A stretch of DNA of 64,000 nucleotides, taken from NCBI GenBank assembly GCA_951406725.2, contig OX597830.1:68882001-68946000 (forward strand), read 5' to 3'. The notes beneath the pieces were generated by a model. The model was not told where the DNA came from and did not search any database. It was given only the letters and a program-made list of their open reading frames with translations. This document shows positions 59,330 to 64,000 of this stretch, piece by piece. This stretch comes from Octopus vulgaris (lineage: Eukaryota). The position numbers and the translations under genes are program-made. The stretch's first letter is position 1. Each line of letters opens with the position of its first letter.

Positions 59330-61690
59330 GGTCTGGCGAGATTGTGGAGGGGTGCTTCATACAAATTCCTCATGGGTAAGAAACAGATTTAAAATCATCT
59401 GGAAAAGTAACAGTGATGAGGTAGGTAGCATGGGATTACTTCTAACAGACAAATGGGATGGTAAGGTGATTGAGGCAGTCACAATTTGCAATAGAGAATT
59501 TAAGCTTAGACTAGTTTTGCAGAGAAGTAGAGCAATATCTCTAACTATGTTCCCCAGGCAGGTCTACCAATGAACAAAAGGACCGTTTTATGATATTCTT
59601 CTGCTAGCTACCTCAAAGACAAATGACAATAACCTCATCTTTGTTGGCTGATGCTTTCAATGGACATGTTGGGCAACACCCAGGTATCTTCTGTGGTATA
59701 CATGAGGGCCATGGAATTGGTTCTCAAAACAAGGAGGGAACAAGGCTACTGGAGTTCTACAATGTGAATAACCTAATGATCTGCAACACCAACTACAGAA
59801 AGCCAGCCAAACACCTGATAACTTATCAACTAGGTGATCATGCTAGCCAGATTTATTACATTCTCAATTGTAAGCAAGATATATGGTTGCTCATAAATGC
59901 AATGGCCTTACCTGGTGAAGAATGTGACCACCTCAGCATAGATTAGTCTTTAGTGATTTTATACTTCAGGCTAGAAATATTCCAAGAAGCAGACCAATCT
60001 AGAAAAGAAGGATTTGGAAGCTTAAGAGTCCTTTATATGTTCAAACTTTTAGAGACACCCAAATTGAGAAATCTAAGGAGAAGGAGGAGAAATTACAAAC
60101 TTGTAACAACAAGGGTGAGTGGGAGTTATTGCAGGACAGCTTGCTGAGTACCACAACCCAAATCTGTGTCTGGTGTAAAGTTCCAATCAGACCTAGGATG
60201 ATGTGGTGCTGGAATGATGTTGTAGATAAGGACATGAGAGTGAAGAAACAAGCCTGGAATGACTGAAAGAATTACAGTACCAGAGAATCATATCAGGTAG
60301 CATGGAAAAAGGCTAAAACAAAGGTATATTTAGACTGGGGACAAGCAGAGAGGGGAAAGTATGCAAATGTTCTGTATCATGAAGATCAGAGGCTTCAGAT
60401 ATTTCAGAACACAAGGCTATGTCAGAGATCATTATGGTGTGGTAGGAGAGAAGTGTATTCACATGGACGATGGTTCACACGTAGTTAGGGATTCTGCAAG
60501 GAAGGAAACTTGGAAACACTTTTATGAAAGTTTGCTAAATGTAGAGAATGCATGGAAGAAGAGAAGCTCACCTAATGCTGATCCAACAGAGGGGATGGCT
60601 ATCTGAATTGACAGTAATTTGGTAGGTAAAGCAATTAAAGTTACGAAGACAGGGAAAGCCTTTGGCTCATTAGGAATGACTACTAAGACGCTTCACATAT
60701 CTGGTGGAGTGGGATATGTCCTCATCTCTGATATAAATAAACCAAGCAAGAGGGAGCCAAATGCAATAGTTGGTGTAGCAGTGTTATAGTCAACAGGTAC
60801 AAAGGTAAAGGTGAAGCTTTAGACAAAAATAATTACAAATGCACCAAATTGTTGGACCAGGTGATGAAAGTTGCAGAAAGAGTCGTAAGTCAATTAATAA
60901 GGAAGAGAGTTAGTGTAGATAAGATGCAGTTTGGATTTGCACTAGGTAGAAGCACCACCAATGCTTTCCTCCTGGTGTGCAATTGCAGAAGTACTTTGCC
61001 AAAAGTATCTGGTTTTTGCTGACATAAAGAAGATCTTTGACAGGGTTCTCCACACAAGGTGGACAAGGCTGAAGACAGGGATAGATAAGAGGTTGGATGG
61101 GTAATGTTAATATGCATATGCAACAGAGTGTAAGTGATTTGAGAGAAAAGCTGGGGGTATGATGCATGGAACATAGTATGCAAGAGATAAGTCTGTGCTG
61201 GTGCAGTCATTTAATGTGTATGAGTGAAGAGTTGCATGGCGAGGTGCTGATCTCTAATTGTGGAGGGAACGTATGGAAGGGCTAGGCCCATGAAGATGTG
61301 CGACAAAGTCATGAGAAAGGAGCTATGGATGTTGACAGTCACAGAGGGAATGACAGAGGATTGGTATTCCAGGTACTTTGGCGTGCTTGTGAAAATATGA
61401 CAAGCTAAGTAAAACTGAGGTTGTACTTGTTCCCTGCATTACTCTTCAGCTGAGAATTCACAATCCTGCAGGTTCATGGGTACTAATTCCAGGTAAATGT
61501 ACCTGTTTTGGTGTTGCATAAAAGCACCCAGTTCACTCTGTAAAGTTGTTGGCATTAGGAATGGCATCCAGCCATAGAAACCATGCCAAAACAGACATGG
61601 AGCCTGGACAGCTCTTAAGCTGGCCAGTTCCTGTCAAACTATCCAACTTATGCACACATGGAAAATGGGTGTTAAATGATGATGGAAAAT
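59330..61690 (+). mobile_element. Degenerate RTE-clade LINE (APE and partial RT) with 3' tail
   Basis: DAFNGHVG...HGIGSQNKEGTRLLEF...LMICNT; MQFGFALGRSTTNAF; tail ending gttaaatgatgatg at ~61670-61684. Confidence 0.8.
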
Positions 61691-63599
61691 GTTCTCATAA
61701 ACACTGTGGTTCCAATATGTTGAAGGACGTGAGGTAATCAGGGAACTCTCTTTTTATAATAAGACAGAGAACTTGTCCTTCCTCCTAAAAACTACCAAAA
61801 AGACCTTCACTACATTCACAACATATCCTAAAAGAAGGCAAGAGTTAAATTGGAAAAAGCTATAAATAGTGACTGGCCCCATATTTGACCAAAACAAAGA
61901 TCCATCCTGCATCATACCAGTCCTGTCTAGACCCCTAATCTCAGAACAATCAATTTCAACAATCTACAAAGATCACAAAATAGTACACTTCATATTCTTT
62001 CGAATTTTGTATAAACCATTTCCACAGTCCATGTGAATAAGCAAGTTAGTTATTAGATAAGACTGCTGGAAATAGCAGCTAAATCTCTCTGAACAGCACC
62101 TGACTTTCTTAAAAATGAACGGACACACTTTCTTAAAAATGTACGCACACATAAGACATTGTAGATGTCAATATGCTAAAAGAAAATGAACATCGCTTTA
62201 ATTCTCTCTAATCACAAGTCAGCTTGATCATGGCTGATGTTGATCTAAACAACAACAACAACATATACAATAAAGCTAAAATGTTTAAAATGAAATAGCC
62301 ACTTCAATGCGTGTAGGCAGAGTTTGTTACAGCAAGATGAAACACCACACAATCCTTGCTGTTACATGTTCAGTGAAACTAAAACTACCAAACACGTCAT
62401 TAGCCTCTTTAGTCTCAAACTCTGTGCTGAGAAACAAATCGATAGAGACAAGTGCAGAAGCACAGTGATTGTCACACTGCAAGAAGGGGTTCATTCGACG
62501 TCTGTTGGTGCCCAGAAATGAAATGATGGAAGATATGCAATCTATCCAAACTGATACACTGCAACCCATATTACAAAGCTCTGCACATCAGATTGCACAT
62601 TACACAGATGGGAAGAATATGGTATATCTACAGATCACATCCAGTCATTTCACTAACTACATACATACTATAACTATACAACAACAATAGCAACAAGTAA
62701 AACAACCACAAACTCATGATACTTTATAGATTGCAATGAAGGTAAGAGCAACACAGGAGGAGTTTACAACAGCTTATTTGGATTGATGTTTGATGTTAAC
62801 TGGGGAATCTTCTCTCATTGATTGAAATTAATAAAGAGAGAAAATCATGGATAGATAAATAGTTTTATATATATGTGTTTGTGTGTGTGGGGGTGTATGT
62901 GTATTTGTATATACGTATATTTATACATATATATAGGTGTGTGTATATTTATATGCCTATGTATCAATGCATGTGTTTGTGTGTGTGTGTGTATATATAT
63001 AGTTAATCCAAACATGAAAACACAAAGAGAAAACACAACAACGCGAGGACATGGAACAAATATAGTATTATTGGACGCTCAGGAAGGAAGGGAAGAAGGA
63101 GGGCTTAATGTTTCAAGCGGAGCTCTTCGTCAAAAACATAGGAGAAGGAAAGATCCAGAGAAGGGAAGACAGAGGAAAAAAATCGCCAATGGTACACACG
63201 TGGTCACATTTTGTATGACCGGAAGGAAATAGGTGAGGAAAAGTTCTTTCAAAGACAGGAGAATGCGCAAGAGGAGGTATGTGTGTGTAAGTGTGGATAT
63301 GTGCATGCGAGAAGGTCTGCGTGTGCATGTGTGTGTATGTGTGTATGTGTGCAATGATAACACGTGTGTGTAAACAGAGTGAGAGAGAGGAGATGGTAAA
63401 GTGTATAACATTCATGGGTTATGAGTTCAAACCCACCATTGACAATTGTTGTATTTCTTTGTCAATATCTTTATTTTATATGGTCACAACTCAGCTCTAA
63501 GGAATTAGTAGCAGAATAATTTGGTTCAGTCTCATACAAGAATAACACTCTATCCACTCAACTATTATCTCCACAATATAGTTCTGATAATGCCACTGT

Positions 63600-64000
63600 A
63601 TATCTTCCCTGGATGTGTTAAAGCTAAGTTCACATCAAAAATTCCTTGGGACAACCTGGTGAGATCTGTGACCAGATCTGTGGATGGTGCAAAGTTCCCT
63701 CTCAACCCAAGGTAACATGGTGGTGGAACAACGTAGTTGACAAGGCCATAAGGGAAAAGAAACAGGCATGGAAGGACTGGTGGTAGCAGGGAATTGTATC
63801 AGACTGTCAGCTAGGAGACAGGTTTATTTAGTCAGAAGGGTAGCAGATAAGAAAAAATTTGCCAATGTCCTGTGTTGTGAGGACCAAAGACTTGAGGTGG
63901 TTTGTGCTGCAAGACAGTGTGTGAGAGAGAATCATGATGTCATAGGAGAGAAATGTATCCACATAGATGATGGTTCACTTGCATTTAATGAGGCTGCAAA
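63600..64000 (+). mobile_element. RTE-clade LINE fragment running off the window end
   Basis: WWWNNVVDKAIREKKQAWKDW-like translation, similar to 60200-60500. Confidence 0.7.

Larger units (their letters stand above)
2300..63590 (+). repeat. Tandem segmental duplication: copy A (~2300-24000) and copy B (~38470-63590), including introns
   Basis: Collinear intronic homology read directly: 2490-2750 vs 38545-38790, 3180-3466 vs 41750-42046, 8215-9320 vs 43045-44170, 12800-16770 vs 51860-56430, 17130-19100 vs 56435-58410, 19150-20100 vs 61690-62810, 23820-24010 vs 63390-63580. Confidence 0.9.

Overview
AT-rich eukaryotic genomic DNA, rich in microsatellites and retroelements. The (TA)n/(CA)n load and the SINE/RTE/Penelope repeat types suggest a cephalopod (Octopus-like); this is inferred from memory of those repeat families, not from a database search. 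The whole window lies inside one plus-strand, intron-rich TRPM-family (TRPM2-like) gene. I can splice 13 exons between 3467 and 58124, all with GT-AG boundaries and matching phases, into one uninterrupted 566-codon reading frame. It encodes the TRPM N-terminal SLOG/MHR1-2 nucleotide-binding module twice in tandem, with a period of 365 aa and about 38 kb. Copy A stops just after the start of MHR3 and joins copy B in frame through a 32-nt acidic micro-exon and an 82-nt 'DEFGKVKF' exon. I found no MHR4 or transmembrane exons. The copies have diverged strongly at the ligand-binding motifs, every exon length difference is a multiple of 3, and a ~1.2-kb intronic tract looks gene-converted. The introns hold Tx1/L1, CR1, RTE, R4/Dong and Penelope retroelements, mariner, maT and Helitron remnants, SINEs, a foldback element and degenerate hammerhead-like motifs. 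Most ORFs in the supplied track are microsatellite or TE artefacts.
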